Origin: Candidatus Kuenenia stuttgartensis
GTDB taxonomy: Bacteria; Planctomycetota; Brocadiia; Brocadiales; Brocadiaceae
DNA length: 32,000 nt
Assembly (NCBI RefSeq): GCF_900232105.1
Contig: NZ_LT934425.1
Location: 510,001 to 542,000, forward strand
Direction: 5' to 3'
Every line of letters starts with the position of its first letter. Position 1 is the first letter of the stretch. Below the pieces are notes generated by a model. That model was not told the DNA's origin and ran no database searches. It was given only the letters and a program-made list of their open reading frames with translations. Below are positions 6,069 to 15,510 of this stretch, piece after piece. Made by a program: the position numbers and the translations under genes.

Positions 6069-7091
6069 ATGGGAAAAGTTATCTCTTTTATTAATTACAA
6101 AGGCGGCGTAGGCAAAACTACCACCACCTACCATATCGGATGCGCCCTTGCAATGTACCACAACAAAAAAGTGTTGCTTATCGATGTAGATCCTCAAACC
6201 AACCTGACCTTTTTATGTGCTACGCCTGAAAGATGGGAGGTATTTAAAAACAATAAAGGAACCATCGCAAAACTCTTTGAATCGTATCTGAAGGATAGTT
6301 TTGATATCTGTCAAACTGAACATATTATATGGAAATCACCTGTTGAATTATCTGCAAAGGGCAAAATCGAAAAGGATGTGGTGAGAAATCTTGACCTGAT
6401 TCCCTCTGATATTGATTTACTGGGAATCGATATTGAATTGGCCTCAAAAACATGGCGGAAGATAGAGTCTGGTTTTTATCAGGAACAACTTCAAATCTTC
6501 AGGCGAACAATCAAGGGTTTAAAAGACTTGTTTCGCATAGATACTTCTGGTGATATACGAGATGCACTTTTTTATATAGAACAGCGCCATGTACTGGAAA
6601 ATGCCCTTCACAGGATAAAAAACAACTATGATTATATCCTCATTGATTGCCCCCCAAACCTCTATCTGGCAACTCAAAATGCACTTGCCGCAAGCGATTT
6701 CTATATCATTGCAACAATACCGGACCATATGTCAACCATAGGGATAAATATGCTCCTCCAGAAAATCGGGGAATTACATACTACACTGAACCGTAAATGT
6801 CTTTTGACGAACACGGAATCACATGATATAAAGCATAAAGGGGTCGTATTCACCATGGTACGTACCGCCGGACAGGGTATTGTAAGTACCCATAAGGATA
6901 AAATAAACGACTTGCGTACAACTTATGGCTCATTATGTTTTGAAAACTATGTTTCATGGGGTACCGGCTATACCGAATCCTCTGCGCTGGCGGTTCCTGT
7001 GTTTTTAATGGATGAGGAAAATGCAAGGCGAGTGGCGTCACAATATAAAGGGGTTACAAAAGAATTTCTGGAGAAAGTGAGCGGCGATTAA
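6069..7091 (+). CDS. ParA/Soj/MinD-family ATPase with a large internal insertion (340 aa)
   Basis: Deviant Walker A NYKGGVGKTTT, Walker A' LLIDVDPQ and Walker B ILIDCPPN. An extra helical segment of about 90 aa lies between A' and B. Confidence 0.85.
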   Translation: MGKVISFINYKGGVGKTTTTYHIGCALAMYHNKKVLLIDVDPQTNLTFLCATPERWEVFKNNKGTIAKLFESYLKDSFDICQTEHIIWKSPVELSAKGKIEKDVVRNLDLIPSDIDLLGIDIELASKTWRKIESGFYQEQLQIFRRTIKGLKDLFRIDTSGDIRDALFYIEQRHVLENALHRIKNNYDYILIDCPPNLYLATQNALAASDFYIIATIPDHMSTIGINMLLQKIGELHTTLNRKCLLTNTESHDIKHKGVVFTMVRTAGQGIVSTHKDKINDLRTTYGSLCFENYVSWGTGYTESSALAVPVFLMDEENARRVASQYKGVTKEFLEKVSGD

Positions 7092-7092
7092 C

Positions 7093-7611
7093 ATGGCAAA
7101 GAAGACAGGAAAGACCGGTCTGGCAGATACTTTAACAAAGGCAAAAGAATGTTTGTCATTACTCCCGGACAAGGATGAATGGCAAAGAATATTGCAAATC
7201 ATCCAGGAGATAACACAAGAACTTGAGGTATTGCGGGAAAGCATTGGGCGTTTTCCCGATAAATCGGAATCTCTCCATGTGTCCAACTCCATCCATTCAT
7301 TGGTATCATTTTTTGACACACTGAAAGAAAACCCCCTCCTTGCCGAAATGATCTTTCCCAAGAAGGCCAAATCCAGGAAAACCAAAAGCAGTCCCATTGA
7401 TGTTAACGCTTTACAACAGCATTTAGAAGGTATTCCCACGGAAAAAATCCTTGAAGAACTAACAAAATATAAAAAGGACATCCTTATTGAGTTATCAGCA
7501 AAGATGAACATAACAGCAAATAAGAAATTGACAAAAGATGCCCTAGCAGACAGGCTCTTTAAACTTGGATTTGCAAATAAGAGAGGCTATGAATTGCTGC
7601 GCAAAGCTTAA
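7093..7611 (+). CDS. Hypothetical ParA-partner/adaptor-like protein
   Basis: The start lies 1 nt after the ParA stop (TAAcATG). It has a basic N-terminal peptide (MAKKTGKTG), a coiled-coil-like middle, a basic linker (KKAKSRKTKSS) and a SAP/HeH-like C-terminal helix pair (LTKDALADRLFKLGF). Confidence 0.5.
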   Translation: MAKKTGKTGLADTLTKAKECLSLLPDKDEWQRILQIIQEITQELEVLRESIGRFPDKSESLHVSNSIHSLVSFFDTLKENPLLAEMIFPKKAKSRKTKSSPIDVNALQQHLEGIPTEKILEELTKYKKDILIELSAKMNITANKKLTKDALADRLFKLGFANKRGYELLRKA

Positions 7612-7669
7612 AACTAAAATGTTACGATTTGTTTGACTATAATAATTTTTACAAAGATGGATATTAATT

Positions 7670-8851
7670 ATGCCGAGCAAGGAAATTATCCGAAGCATTC
7701 TTTCGCATGCCAGGGATGCACAGGGTTATATCGTAAAGATGAGAAGGGATTTTCACAAGTACCCTGAATTGAGTTTTAACGAAGTCCGCACTTCTGAAGT
7801 CATTGCCGCGGAATTGAGACAATTGGGGTTCAATGTACAAACAGGTATTGGAAAAACAGGCATTGTCGCTTATTTACCAGTTGATAACGCCACACGAACA
7901 GTAGCCTTTCGTGCGGATATGGATGCCCTTCCCATTGAAGAAGAAAATGATCTGGACTATAAGTCTTCGCATGAAGGAATTTTTCATGCCTGTGGGCACG
8001 ATGCCAACATGGCAATGCTATTAGGGGCGGCAAGGATTATCGTATCTTTGAAAGACCTATTAAAACGACATGTAAGGTTTCTCTTTCAACCCGGTGAGGA
8101 ACAGCCGCCAGGGGGGGCAATTTATTTAATCGAACAAGGCGCTTTACACGGCGTGGATGAAATTTACGGGCTGCATATTGATCCTACCCTCCCCTCTTCA
8201 GTTTTTGGATTACGTTCAGGCGCTACAATGGCGTCAACAGACCGTATTATTATAACGATTCATGGTAAAGGCGGGCATTCGGCAACCCCGCATTTGTGTG
8301 TAGACCCCATTGTTATCGCTGCAGAAATAATATTAGCGATACAGACCATTGTATCAAGAAAATTAAACCCCTTATCCCCGTGTGTTATTTCCTTATGTCA
8401 GATTTCAGGAGGTACGGCATTTAATGTTATTCCGGGTCGTGTAAAAATTCTTGGCACGGCAAGAACCCTTGATGATAACGTGAGGAATGCACTACCATCA
8501 CTTTTAGAAGATACCATTAAAGGTATTACTTCGTACAATAATGCTTCCTATGAATTTGAATATCTTGGGGGGTATCCTGTTTTGTATAACCATGAGGAAC
8601 AGGTCGATTTTGTGCGCGGAAGAATTAAAGAATTGTTTGGTGATGATGCGGTAAAAAATATAGATCCGATACTCGGAGGAGAGGATTTTTCTTACTATTT
8701 GGAAAAAACAAACGGCGCTTTTGTTTTTCTTGGTTCGGGGAACAGGGAGAAGGGAGCAAACCAGCCGTTGCACAGTCCTCAATTTCTGATTGATGAAGAT
8801 ATTCTTTACAAAGGCTCTGCCTTGCTGGCTTCCATTGCATGCAGTTCGTAA
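7670..8851 (+). CDS. M20D-family amidohydrolase (N-acyl-amino acid amidohydrolase / hippurate hydrolase-like)
   Basis: Motifs FHKYPELSFNE, FHACGHDANMA, FQPGEEQPPGGA and GKGGHSATPH are typical of M20D aminoacylases. Confidence 0.85.
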   Translation: MPSKEIIRSILSHARDAQGYIVKMRRDFHKYPELSFNEVRTSEVIAAELRQLGFNVQTGIGKTGIVAYLPVDNATRTVAFRADMDALPIEEENDLDYKSSHEGIFHACGHDANMAMLLGAARIIVSLKDLLKRHVRFLFQPGEEQPPGGAIYLIEQGALHGVDEIYGLHIDPTLPSSVFGLRSGATMASTDRIIITIHGKGGHSATPHLCVDPIVIAAEIILAIQTIVSRKLNPLSPCVISLCQISGGTAFNVIPGRVKILGTARTLDDNVRNALPSLLEDTIKGITSYNNASYEFEYLGGYPVLYNHEEQVDFVRGRIKELFGDDAVKNIDPILGGEDFSYYLEKTNGAFVFLGSGNREKGANQPLHSPQFLIDEDILYKGSALLASIACSS

Positions 8852-9053
8852 TAAAAAATGGGTTAGCTAATTTATGGGGAAATGGAACAAAAAGTGTAAC
8901 TTCTCAACTTATTGAAAAGTTATAAAAAAACACCATTTGTCGGCTATATGCGTTTTACAATAGTGGGTTTACTGGAAAAACGAAAGTGCCTTCCCTGGGC
9001 TTAAGTTGGCTTGGGAAAAAACCGCCGCAGATGACTGTTGTTGCTGTTAATGT

Positions 9054-9133
9054 AGAGACGCATTGCATGCGTCTCTTTGTTGTGTCAACATTTTCTTTAC
9101 GCATAGCAGTTTCCAGACGCATGCAATGCGTCT
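9054..9133. terminator. Pair of GC-rich hairpins between convergent genes (possible bidirectional terminator / REP-like repeat)
   Basis: AGAGACGCAttgcaTGCGTCTCT (9054-9076) and AGACGCAtgcaaTGCGTCT (9115-9133). The second is the inverted copy of the first. Confidence 0.45.
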
Positions 9134-9176
9134 CTATAAAAATATTGAAATTCTTAAACATAAATTTAAGCGGACG

Positions 9177-10040
9177 TTATTTTCCGGGAATACATTTTTT
9201 TATTATATAGGCGATAAAAAATATTGCGCCTAATAATGCCACATCTATAGGGCCAATGGGCAAATCAAAACAATAGGAAATATAAAAACCGGTAAAGGCG
9301 GCAAAAACACCAATGATTGAGGAAACAATACAAAAGGGGAAAATTCCGCGGGTAATCATCCTTGCGGTTATTGCGGGCAATAGCAAAAACCCAAAAATAA
9401 CCATTGGGCCTACCGCCATAACACCAAAAGATATAACGATACCGATGATTAAAAAAAGCAAAATGTCCCATAAAATAACTTTTTTCCCCATGACAACTGC
9501 CATATCGCTATCGAATGAAATTAACATAAAGTTACGGTGATATCCGGTGAGAAAAATAAAAATAATTCCATAAATTGCGAATGTTGCCCATAGATATGCA
9601 TCCGGAATTGCAACAATTTCTCCCTTTAGCAAAGAAATTAACTCCGAATGTCCGTGTGGATTCCATGAAACAAATAAAACAGATGCAGCCCCTGCAACGG
9701 CATACGTAAATCCAATGCGATTTTCTGTAAAACCCTTCCCTTTCCTTTCTAAAATGGCTAATAGAAAGATGGCAAGGATGGTAAAAAAAATGGAACCTGT
9801 AAGTGCCATAGCCTTTTCAGATTCAACATGAGGAAAAAAATGCCATCCCAAAGTATGCATAAAGAATGCAAAGGTAATCCCTGCATTTGATACCTGGGGA
9901 AGCGCAATGCCCATCAATATCATGCGACGCAATACAAAGAAAATCCCTACCTGTGGACAAACAAAGCCTATCACCAGTCCTACATAGAAAGAATTTCTCA
10001 GGAGAAAGTTCGGGTTGAGTATTTCAAAAAGGTATTCCAT
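9177..10040 (-). CDS. Metal (Zn/Mn) ABC transporter permease, ABC-3 family
   Basis: 287-aa polytopic membrane protein with the ZnuB/MntB-like layout, last gene of the uptake operon. Confidence 0.8.
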   Translation of the reverse strand: MEYLFEILNPNFLLRNSFYVGLVIGFVCPQVGIFFVLRRMILMGIALPQVSNAGITFAFFMHTLGWHFFPHVESEKAMALTGSIFFTILAIFLLAILERKGKGFTENRIGFTYAVAGAASVLFVSWNPHGHSELISLLKGEIVAIPDAYLWATFAIYGIIFIFLTGYHRNFMLISFDSDMAVVMGKKVILWDILLFLIIGIVISFGVMAVGPMVIFGFLLLPAITARMITRGIFPFCIVSSIIGVFAAFTGFYISYCFDLPIGPIDVALLGAIFFIAYIIKKCIPGK

Positions 10041-10086
10041 ACATTTTGTGTATAAAAAGTAATTTCTTTAAAAATGTTTCTTCTTC

Positions 10087-10758
10087 TCATTTTGCATTTT
10101 CTACCACCGCCGCATTATTTTTGATGTGGATTTTTTTGTTTACCCATGCCGGTATACTGAAAGATTCATGCGTTATCATCATGACAGTAAGATGATGTTT
10201 CTCATGCAACATTGTGATAAGTTCCATAATCATTTTCACTGCATCGACGTCAATTCCTGCGACAGGTTCATCCAGTAGTAATATATTCGGATTTGTTGCC
10301 AGTGCGCGGGCAATGAGCACCCTTTGTTTTTGACCGCCGGACAATTCCGAAAACAATTTTCTTTTAGATTCCAGCATTCCAACATCCATTAAACATTGTT
10401 TTGCTAAAATACGACTTTTTGCAGGAGTGAATGAAAAGGGTTTTATTTGCCCAAATGTACCCATCAATACTATATCTAGTGCCGTAAACGGATAGATTTC
10501 GTCCAGGGACTGGCTTTGCGGTACATAACCAAACCTTTGCGGTGTATTGTTCTGGTAAATAATATTACCATGTAAAGGCGGAATAATGCGGAGGATGGTC
10601 TTGAAAAGCGTTGTCTTGCCGGAACCATTTTGTCCAAATAAAACAATAGCATCCCCTCTGTTTATGGAAAAATTTATGCCCTCCAGTATCGGCGTCCCGC
10701 GATACCCAATGGACACATTTGCCAGATTAATACAACTATTCTCATCCATATTTACCAT
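10087..10758 (-). CDS. Metal ABC transporter ATP-binding protein (ZnuC-like)
   Basis: Walker A GQNGSGKTT, signature LSGGQKQR, Walker B LLLDEP. Confidence 0.9.
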   Translation of the reverse strand: MVNMDENSCINLANVSIGYRGTPILEGINFSINRGDAIVLFGQNGSGKTTLFKTILRIIPPLHGNIIYQNNTPQRFGYVPQSQSLDEIYPFTALDIVLMGTFGQIKPFSFTPAKSRILAKQCLMDVGMLESKRKLFSELSGGQKQRVLIARALATNPNILLLDEPVAGIDVDAVKMIMELITMLHEKHHLTVMMITHESFSIPAWVNKKIHIKNNAAVVENAK

Positions 10759-10829
10759 TTTATCAATCTGATGTTAGTTCACTAATAATATTTTCCGGCT
10801 TATAAATAACCGGGCATATTACTTCGTTA

Positions 10830-11474
10830 TCACAAAGTCTGCGCAAATACATAATCAAAAGGAAACTTATCTCCGGGACATTCTGTGGTTTTACAGTCTT
10901 TATGCATAAGAATATTTTCCGCAGGGATATTGTATTGCTTTTGCAGATATTGTACCAAAACAACAAGTGACGCCATTTGCGCCCTTGAAGGATATGATTC
11001 GTTAAAATTTCCGACCATACATATCCCTATACCATAACGGTTATATTTATTTATTCCAACGTGCGCCCCGCTTAGTTGTTTTACCCATCTGTTCCCAATT
11101 TCAATCTCGCCTTTTCCGGAGCCATTTCCATTACCCACCACAAAATGATATCCTAACCCATTTTTCCAATGTCTTGTTTCTCTGTGATATTTATCAAATT
11201 CAGCGGCATTTCCTGACTTTGTGGCGCTATGATGAATGACAATATATTTCCATTCACGTACTTTGTAGTGTTCAATTTGTCTGTTTATACCGGCCAAGCC
11301 TGCTTTAAGATGTTCTTCGGCAATAGTTGGTCTGTGTACCGGCAGTATGAGATAAACAAACAAACAGGCAATTGCAGGGAAAAACAGGTAAATATACCGG
11401 TAACGTTTACATTGAACACGCATGATGCTGTTATAAAGAAGACGATTACCGTTTTTCATAAAAACCATACGCAT
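10830..11474 (-). CDS. N-acetylmuramoyl-L-alanine amidase, Amidase_2/PGRP type, membrane anchored
   Basis: YIVIHHSAT ... GYHFVVGNG ... GIGICMVGNF ... ILMHKDCKTTECPG carries the zinc ligands His/His/Cys. The start is uncertain (ATG at 11474, 11468 or 11459), and the longer ORF to 11573 reads through a repeat. Confidence 0.75.
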   Translation of the reverse strand: MRMVFMKNGNRLLYNSIMRVQCKRYRYIYLFFPAIACLFVYLILPVHRPTIAEEHLKAGLAGINRQIEHYKVREWKYIVIHHSATKSGNAAEFDKYHRETRHWKNGLGYHFVVGNGNGSGKGEIEIGNRWVKQLSGAHVGINKYNRYGIGICMVGNFNESYPSRAQMASLVVLVQYLQKQYNIPAENILMHKDCKTTECPGDKFPFDYVFAQTL

Positions 11475-11480
11475 GTCCCT

Positions 11481-11545
11481 AAGCTGGCATAGCCAGAACC
11501 AAACAAGCAAGAAATAAAAAATACGAAATACGAAACAAATCCAAA
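11481..11545 (-). repeat. Repeat family R2 (TTTGTTTCGTATTTCGT...TTGTTTGGTTCTGGCTATGCCAGCTT), copy 1
   Basis: The reverse complement matches 17874-17923 and 20062-20147. It ends just upstream of the amidase start. Confidence 0.8.
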
Positions 11546-11621
11546 ACATACTTATCTGCGTGCGACCACGCACAGGCAGGCAACGATATGAAACGCGAGA
11601 TACGAAAGGTGCACTTGTTTA

Positions 11622-11702
11622 TAATTTCAAATCATTTTGTCATTAGAATTTGCTTCGGATTTCACAATTATCGGATTTCAACATTAAATATTTTGCCAAA
11701 AA
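11622..11702 (-). repeat. Repeat family R1 (TTTGGCAAAATATTTAAT...CAAATTCTAATGACAAAATGATTTGAAATT), copy 1
   Basis: The reverse complement aligns over about 80 bp with 17558-17636. Confidence 0.8.
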
Positions 11703-11779
11703 GTACGCACTTACGAATGGAAGTGTGCAAAGAAATTACTGCATAAGGTACTAACTAACCGAAGAAAGATCATTTATTA

Positions 11780-12706
11780 TTACTTTTTCAACGATGATAC
11801 AATTTTATCAACATTATAATCAAAAAGAGAGAGATAGTCCTCTGTTTCTTTTTGCCCACCCGGCATAATTGGCAGTGCGATAATGGTTGCTCCTGTTTTA
11901 TCCGCTACAAATTCAGACATCCTGCGTTCCCGAAATGGTTCAACAATAATAAGTTTCACTCCCTCTCTTTTCATCATGGGAATAAGTTCATTAATATGTG
12001 TGGGAGAAGGAGGAATGCCAGGTTTAGGCTCAAGTGTCCCCACCACATCAAGATTGAAACGTTTTGCAAAGTAAGGATATGTTTTATGATAAGTGATTAC
12101 TTTTGTCCCCTTAAAAGGCGCTAATTTTTTTTCCCATTCAGCCAGTTTTATTTTCAGTTTTTCAATAAACGCATTATAATTGCCTTCGTAATACGAACAA
12201 TTTGCCGGGTCAATATCGCATAATCGTTCACTTATTTGTCTTGCAATCGTCATTCCGTTTAAAGGATCGAGGGTAAAATGAGGATTCCCCATAGAATGAA
12301 CATCCCCCATCGAACGGTCGGACATCAAAGGATCCGGTATTTCCAGAGGATTGATTCCTTTTGAGGCAAGGATATATCCGGAATGTCCCGGAAGTATATT
12401 TTTATTTCTTGCCCCTATTATGAGATTCCGCAGCCAGCCAATCTCTAATTCCATCCCCACTTCAATGAATAAATCCGCTTTGTTCAGCTTTACGATAAAG
12501 CTTGGCTTCGCATCAACAAAATGCGGATCTTCCGTGGGTTTTGCAATGCTTGTTGTTGTAACATAGTCCCCGCCGATTTCTTTCGCCAAAGATTCCAGGT
12601 CAGCGGTTGACGTTACAATCTTTATTTTATCTGCGTAAGAAAATGTTTGCAGAGACACGAGAAATAATAACCATAACCACAGATAGGGTAGAATTTTTGC
12701 TTTCAT
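11780..12706 (-). CDS. Metal ABC transporter substrate-binding protein (ZnuA/TroA/MntC family)
   Basis: It has a signal peptide, then a cluster-9 binding-protein pattern (KIVTSTADLESLAKEIGGD ... DPHFVDAKPS ... GNPHFTLDP ... VITYHKTYPYFAKRF). Confidence 0.85.
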   Translation of the reverse strand: MKAKILPYLWLWLLFLVSLQTFSYADKIKIVTSTADLESLAKEIGGDYVTTTSIAKPTEDPHFVDAKPSFIVKLNKADLFIEVGMELEIGWLRNLIIGARNKNILPGHSGYILASKGINPLEIPDPLMSDRSMGDVHSMGNPHFTLDPLNGMTIARQISERLCDIDPANCSYYEGNYNAFIEKLKIKLAEWEKKLAPFKGTKVITYHKTYPYFAKRFNLDVVGTLEPKPGIPPSPTHINELIPMMKREGVKLIIVEPFRERRMSEFVADKTGATIIALPIMPGGQKETEDYLSLFDYNVDKIVSSLKK

Positions 12707-12820
12707 AGATTTACCTCTTTTTATCGTTGATTTTTCAATAAAATGCTAAAAAACATCTTTAACGTGGGGGTTCAGGTTGCAACCCGCCTGTGGGAAGATA
12801 CGTTTTTCTTGTTTAGTAAT

Positions 12821-14461
12821 TTAGAATTTATGCGCTCCATGCGACCCTAACAGAAATTCAAACTGGAGAATTACGGAATGTTCGGTACTGTCATTTCCCA
12901 GTATATTATCATAGTTATATTGAAGCCTTATCTTTGAAAATTCGGATGGGTAAAATGTGAGATTGGGGGAGAGTCGCCCGCGCTCAAAACCTAATGGGTC
13001 TGATGCTTCTTTTTCTCCATCCACATAATCACCGCGAAGTCCGACAACCCATCTTCTTTTAAATCCCCAGCATACCTGAGAATAGGCGCCCCAGTTATTC
13101 ATTATTTCATTAGACATTCCTGCATTTACATCTTCACCCGCCTCGAAACGTCTGCCCATAATCTCCGTTTGCCACGTTACAAAGGGGAATCCCCCAGCGG
13201 CATATTTAGATTTCCACTTCCAGAACATATCAAGACCGTAAATGATTGTATCTTTATCCCTTCCTGTAGAATTTGGGCCAAATGTCGCCGAGGCGCCTAA
13301 TAAAACAGTCGTTTCATCCGTTACTTCGAAAGAAGTTGTAATACGTGGCGTATACAGCATGTCTTCCATGCCGCGTACGCGGGTTTCAACTGCCTCACGC
13401 CCAAACAGTGCTTCTTCATTCCTGAAACTGTGTGCCGTTTCTCCCTGACTGTTCTGCACTGTAAAAAATAATTCCGTATAGTTGCTTGTGGGCGCCAGCC
13501 ATGAAAGTCTTGCCCCTGGCCCTCTCATCCCATCAGGTCCCAGAAATCTGCCATTGACTAATGGTTGGTCTGCAAAGTCCCATGCGTGGGGATGGAATGG
13601 ATTCAGCCTCCCAAATTCGGTAAAGAAGGTGCCTGCTTTTGCCTGCAGGTTAAGCGGAAGCGACATGGATGTCAAGAAAGCCTCTTCCACCTCAAGAAAT
13701 GATTCACCATCATTGTCGATCTGAAATACAATGTTTGCTTGTCCCTTAAAGTACGGATCTACTGCCCCATCAAATGTAGTTTCTAAATTTTGAACCGTAA
13801 ACCCACGCTGATTAGCATCGTGTCCGCCCATGTTAAGGTTTTCCAAATCTTTAGCAGTCGAGCCTGCTGCGGCAAATAGACCATCAAATGAAATATTCAT
13901 ATAACTCTTTCCCATGCTCCACAAATTAATCGGTTGTGCCGTAGACCATTTTCCCGGAGCCTGATCAGGAGTAAGTTGCGCAGTAGCCGTGTAATCCAGT
14001 TCCTCTTTCTCAATAGCATCATATTTTAATTCCATGTCTTTAAGCTGTTTTTCTTTATCCTGAAGTTGTTTTACAACGTCTTCAAATTCTTCTTTTTTTA
14101 CGTAAACGCCTTCAAGGCCGGCAAGCTTTGCGTCAACTTCCGCAGGCAGCGATTCTTTTTCAGTTAATTGCGCCTTTTCTTTTTCTAAAGTAGCAATTTT
14201 TTCCTGCATTTTATCTAAACGGCTGTTGTAATCCCGTTTCATTTCTTCAATAAGCATCTTCATATCCTGAAATTGATTCATCATCGCATCGAAATCCTCT
14301 TTTTTCATATGAACACCATCTTCGGCAAGATTTAATTTTTCAGCTATGTGTTCCGAAGACGATTGATTTCCAAATTTTGAAAAATCTTCAGAAAATACCA
14401 TGGACACACAATTCACTGCGAAAAACACAAAGAAAAAAATTAAAAATGGCATGTATTTCAT
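12821..14461 (-). CDS. Outer-membrane beta-barrel (porin-like) protein with N-terminal coiled coil
   Basis: I start it at ATG 14461 (MKYMPFLIFFFVFFAVNCVSMVFS signal peptide, AGGAGAGG SD). An E/K-rich coiled coil of about 150 aa is followed by alternating beta-strand sequence ending in a C-terminal Phe (GSHGAHKF). It is the first gene of the metal-uptake operon. Confidence 0.7.
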   Translation of the reverse strand: MKYMPFLIFFFVFFAVNCVSMVFSEDFSKFGNQSSSEHIAEKLNLAEDGVHMKKEDFDAMMNQFQDMKMLIEEMKRDYNSRLDKMQEKIATLEKEKAQLTEKESLPAEVDAKLAGLEGVYVKKEEFEDVVKQLQDKEKQLKDMELKYDAIEKEELDYTATAQLTPDQAPGKWSTAQPINLWSMGKSYMNISFDGLFAAAGSTAKDLENLNMGGHDANQRGFTVQNLETTFDGAVDPYFKGQANIVFQIDNDGESFLEVEEAFLTSMSLPLNLQAKAGTFFTEFGRLNPFHPHAWDFADQPLVNGRFLGPDGMRGPGARLSWLAPTSNYTELFFTVQNSQGETAHSFRNEEALFGREAVETRVRGMEDMLYTPRITTSFEVTDETTVLLGASATFGPNSTGRDKDTIIYGLDMFWKWKSKYAAGGFPFVTWQTEIMGRRFEAGEDVNAGMSNEIMNNWGAYSQVCWGFKRRWVVGLRGDYVDGEKEASDPLGFERGRLSPNLTFYPSEFSKIRLQYNYDNILGNDSTEHSVILQFEFLLGSHGAHKF

Positions 14462-14708
14462 AACAATCCTCTCCTGTATTCCGGGTTTATTACTCAGTAA
14501 CGTATAATTTGATTGCGTTTTTTTGAGCGTATGTGGAAATATCCAGACAGGCAGTTTGCGAAAAATATGCCTCGTTATGAGGCAGCGCTGCTGCATATAC
14601 ATATTATTTTGCGGAGGATAAACCATCAGAAACGCGAAGGCAGTGAACGCCTTTTGTACGTATATCAGTGGTATATTTTTTCAGGTTTTTACCCGCAAAT
14701 GCCTGTCT

Positions 14709-15107
14709 TTATGATAAAAGAAATACAGGGATATTGGGTGGAGGACGTATTGTGAGTTTATGAATGGTGGTTGAAGTGAGAACAGAATGTGTTGGGGCGG
14801 AAATGATAGAGGTGATGCCGGCAAATGTTTCGAACGTAAGAAATTGGCACGTTAGGGAGGATGTTTTTAACCATTGGCATATTTGGCATGTTTCAGGGTT
14901 GTGCTGCCCGGCATCTTCCTGATGTTTAATTTGTGCGTCTGTTGTTTCTTCTACAACATGAGCTTGGGTATGGTCACACTCGCTTACCCCAAAACTACTA
15001 TTATGAAAGCCGCCTACGGTAAGCGTCAGTAAAAGATAAGGAATAAGGAACGTCAGAACTGAGGTATTGATAAATTTTTTATTTTGCAGACTATGTTGAA
15101 GAAACAT
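14709..15107 (-). CDS. Small membrane-anchored Cys/His-containing hypothetical protein
   Basis: 132-aa ORF with an N-terminal TM segment (VLTFLIPYLLLTLTV), then CDHTQAH and a CQICQW CxxC motif. It is reminiscent of DUF2946-type proteins found next to metal-uptake OM proteins, but that assignment is not secure. Confidence 0.4.
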   Translation of the reverse strand: MFLQHSLQNKKFINTSVLTFLIPYLLLTLTVGGFHNSSFGVSECDHTQAHVVEETTDAQIKHQEDAGQHNPETCQICQWLKTSSLTCQFLTFETFAGITSIISAPTHSVLTSTTIHKLTIRPPPNIPVFLLS

Positions 15108-15198
15108 GGCATGAATTCAGTGTAAAAAAAGATTTTTATTAAACACGATAGTTATGCTAGATACTTTTCTACATCAAGTCAAGCTTAAAATATGGTGT

Positions 15199-15224
15199 TG
15201 TTACATTATAAAATAATTGTGACA
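15199..15224. promoter_or_regulatory. Candidate Fur/Zur-family operator (imperfect AT-rich palindrome)
   Basis: In TGTTACATTATaaaATAATTGTGACA the arms TGTTACA-TTAT and ATAATTGTGACA are complementary at 10 of 11 positions with one gap. It lies ~90-115 bp upstream of the 14709..15107 gene that heads the metal cluster. Confidence 0.25.
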
Positions 15225-15510
15225 GCAAGTGGAAATCCATAGTTCCCGCCAATAAAAACATCTTTTTCTTGTAAGTTTTTGAAAGGCATGTGTTTTTAAT
15301 TGATTATATGGGGCTTGCAATCCAAAATTGTATGTGATAAAGTCGGAACCTTTGTCATGCTATACCTTACTGGTTCACCAATTGTGATTTCTTAAAAGTT
15401 GCTGTTGTAGAGCAAAGAGACTCTTCGCTCTACATTTCGTGATTTGCGAACCTGTAAGATATACTTTCTTAATTTTACAAAAAAGGACTTTTGTGCATAA
15501 AGGCGAATAA

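Noticed and set aside
5575-6197. ORFs 5575..5784 (+) and 5973..6197 (-) in the spacer before parA
   Set aside because: They have no SD and low-complexity or hydrophobic products, one overlaps the parA start, and the region is better explained as non-coding with hairpins and operator-like repeats.
8955-9210. ORFs 8955..9161 (-) and 8986..9210 (+) between the amidohydrolase and permease genes
   Set aside because: They are translations of the inverted hairpin repeats (VETHCMRL / RRMQCVS mirror peptides). This is a convergent intergenic region.
14462-14626. The 55-codon N-terminal extension of the outer-membrane protein ORF (start at 14626)
   Set aside because: The internal ATG at 14461 has a strong SD (AGGAGAGG) and is followed directly by a canonical signal peptide. 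The extension has no such features.
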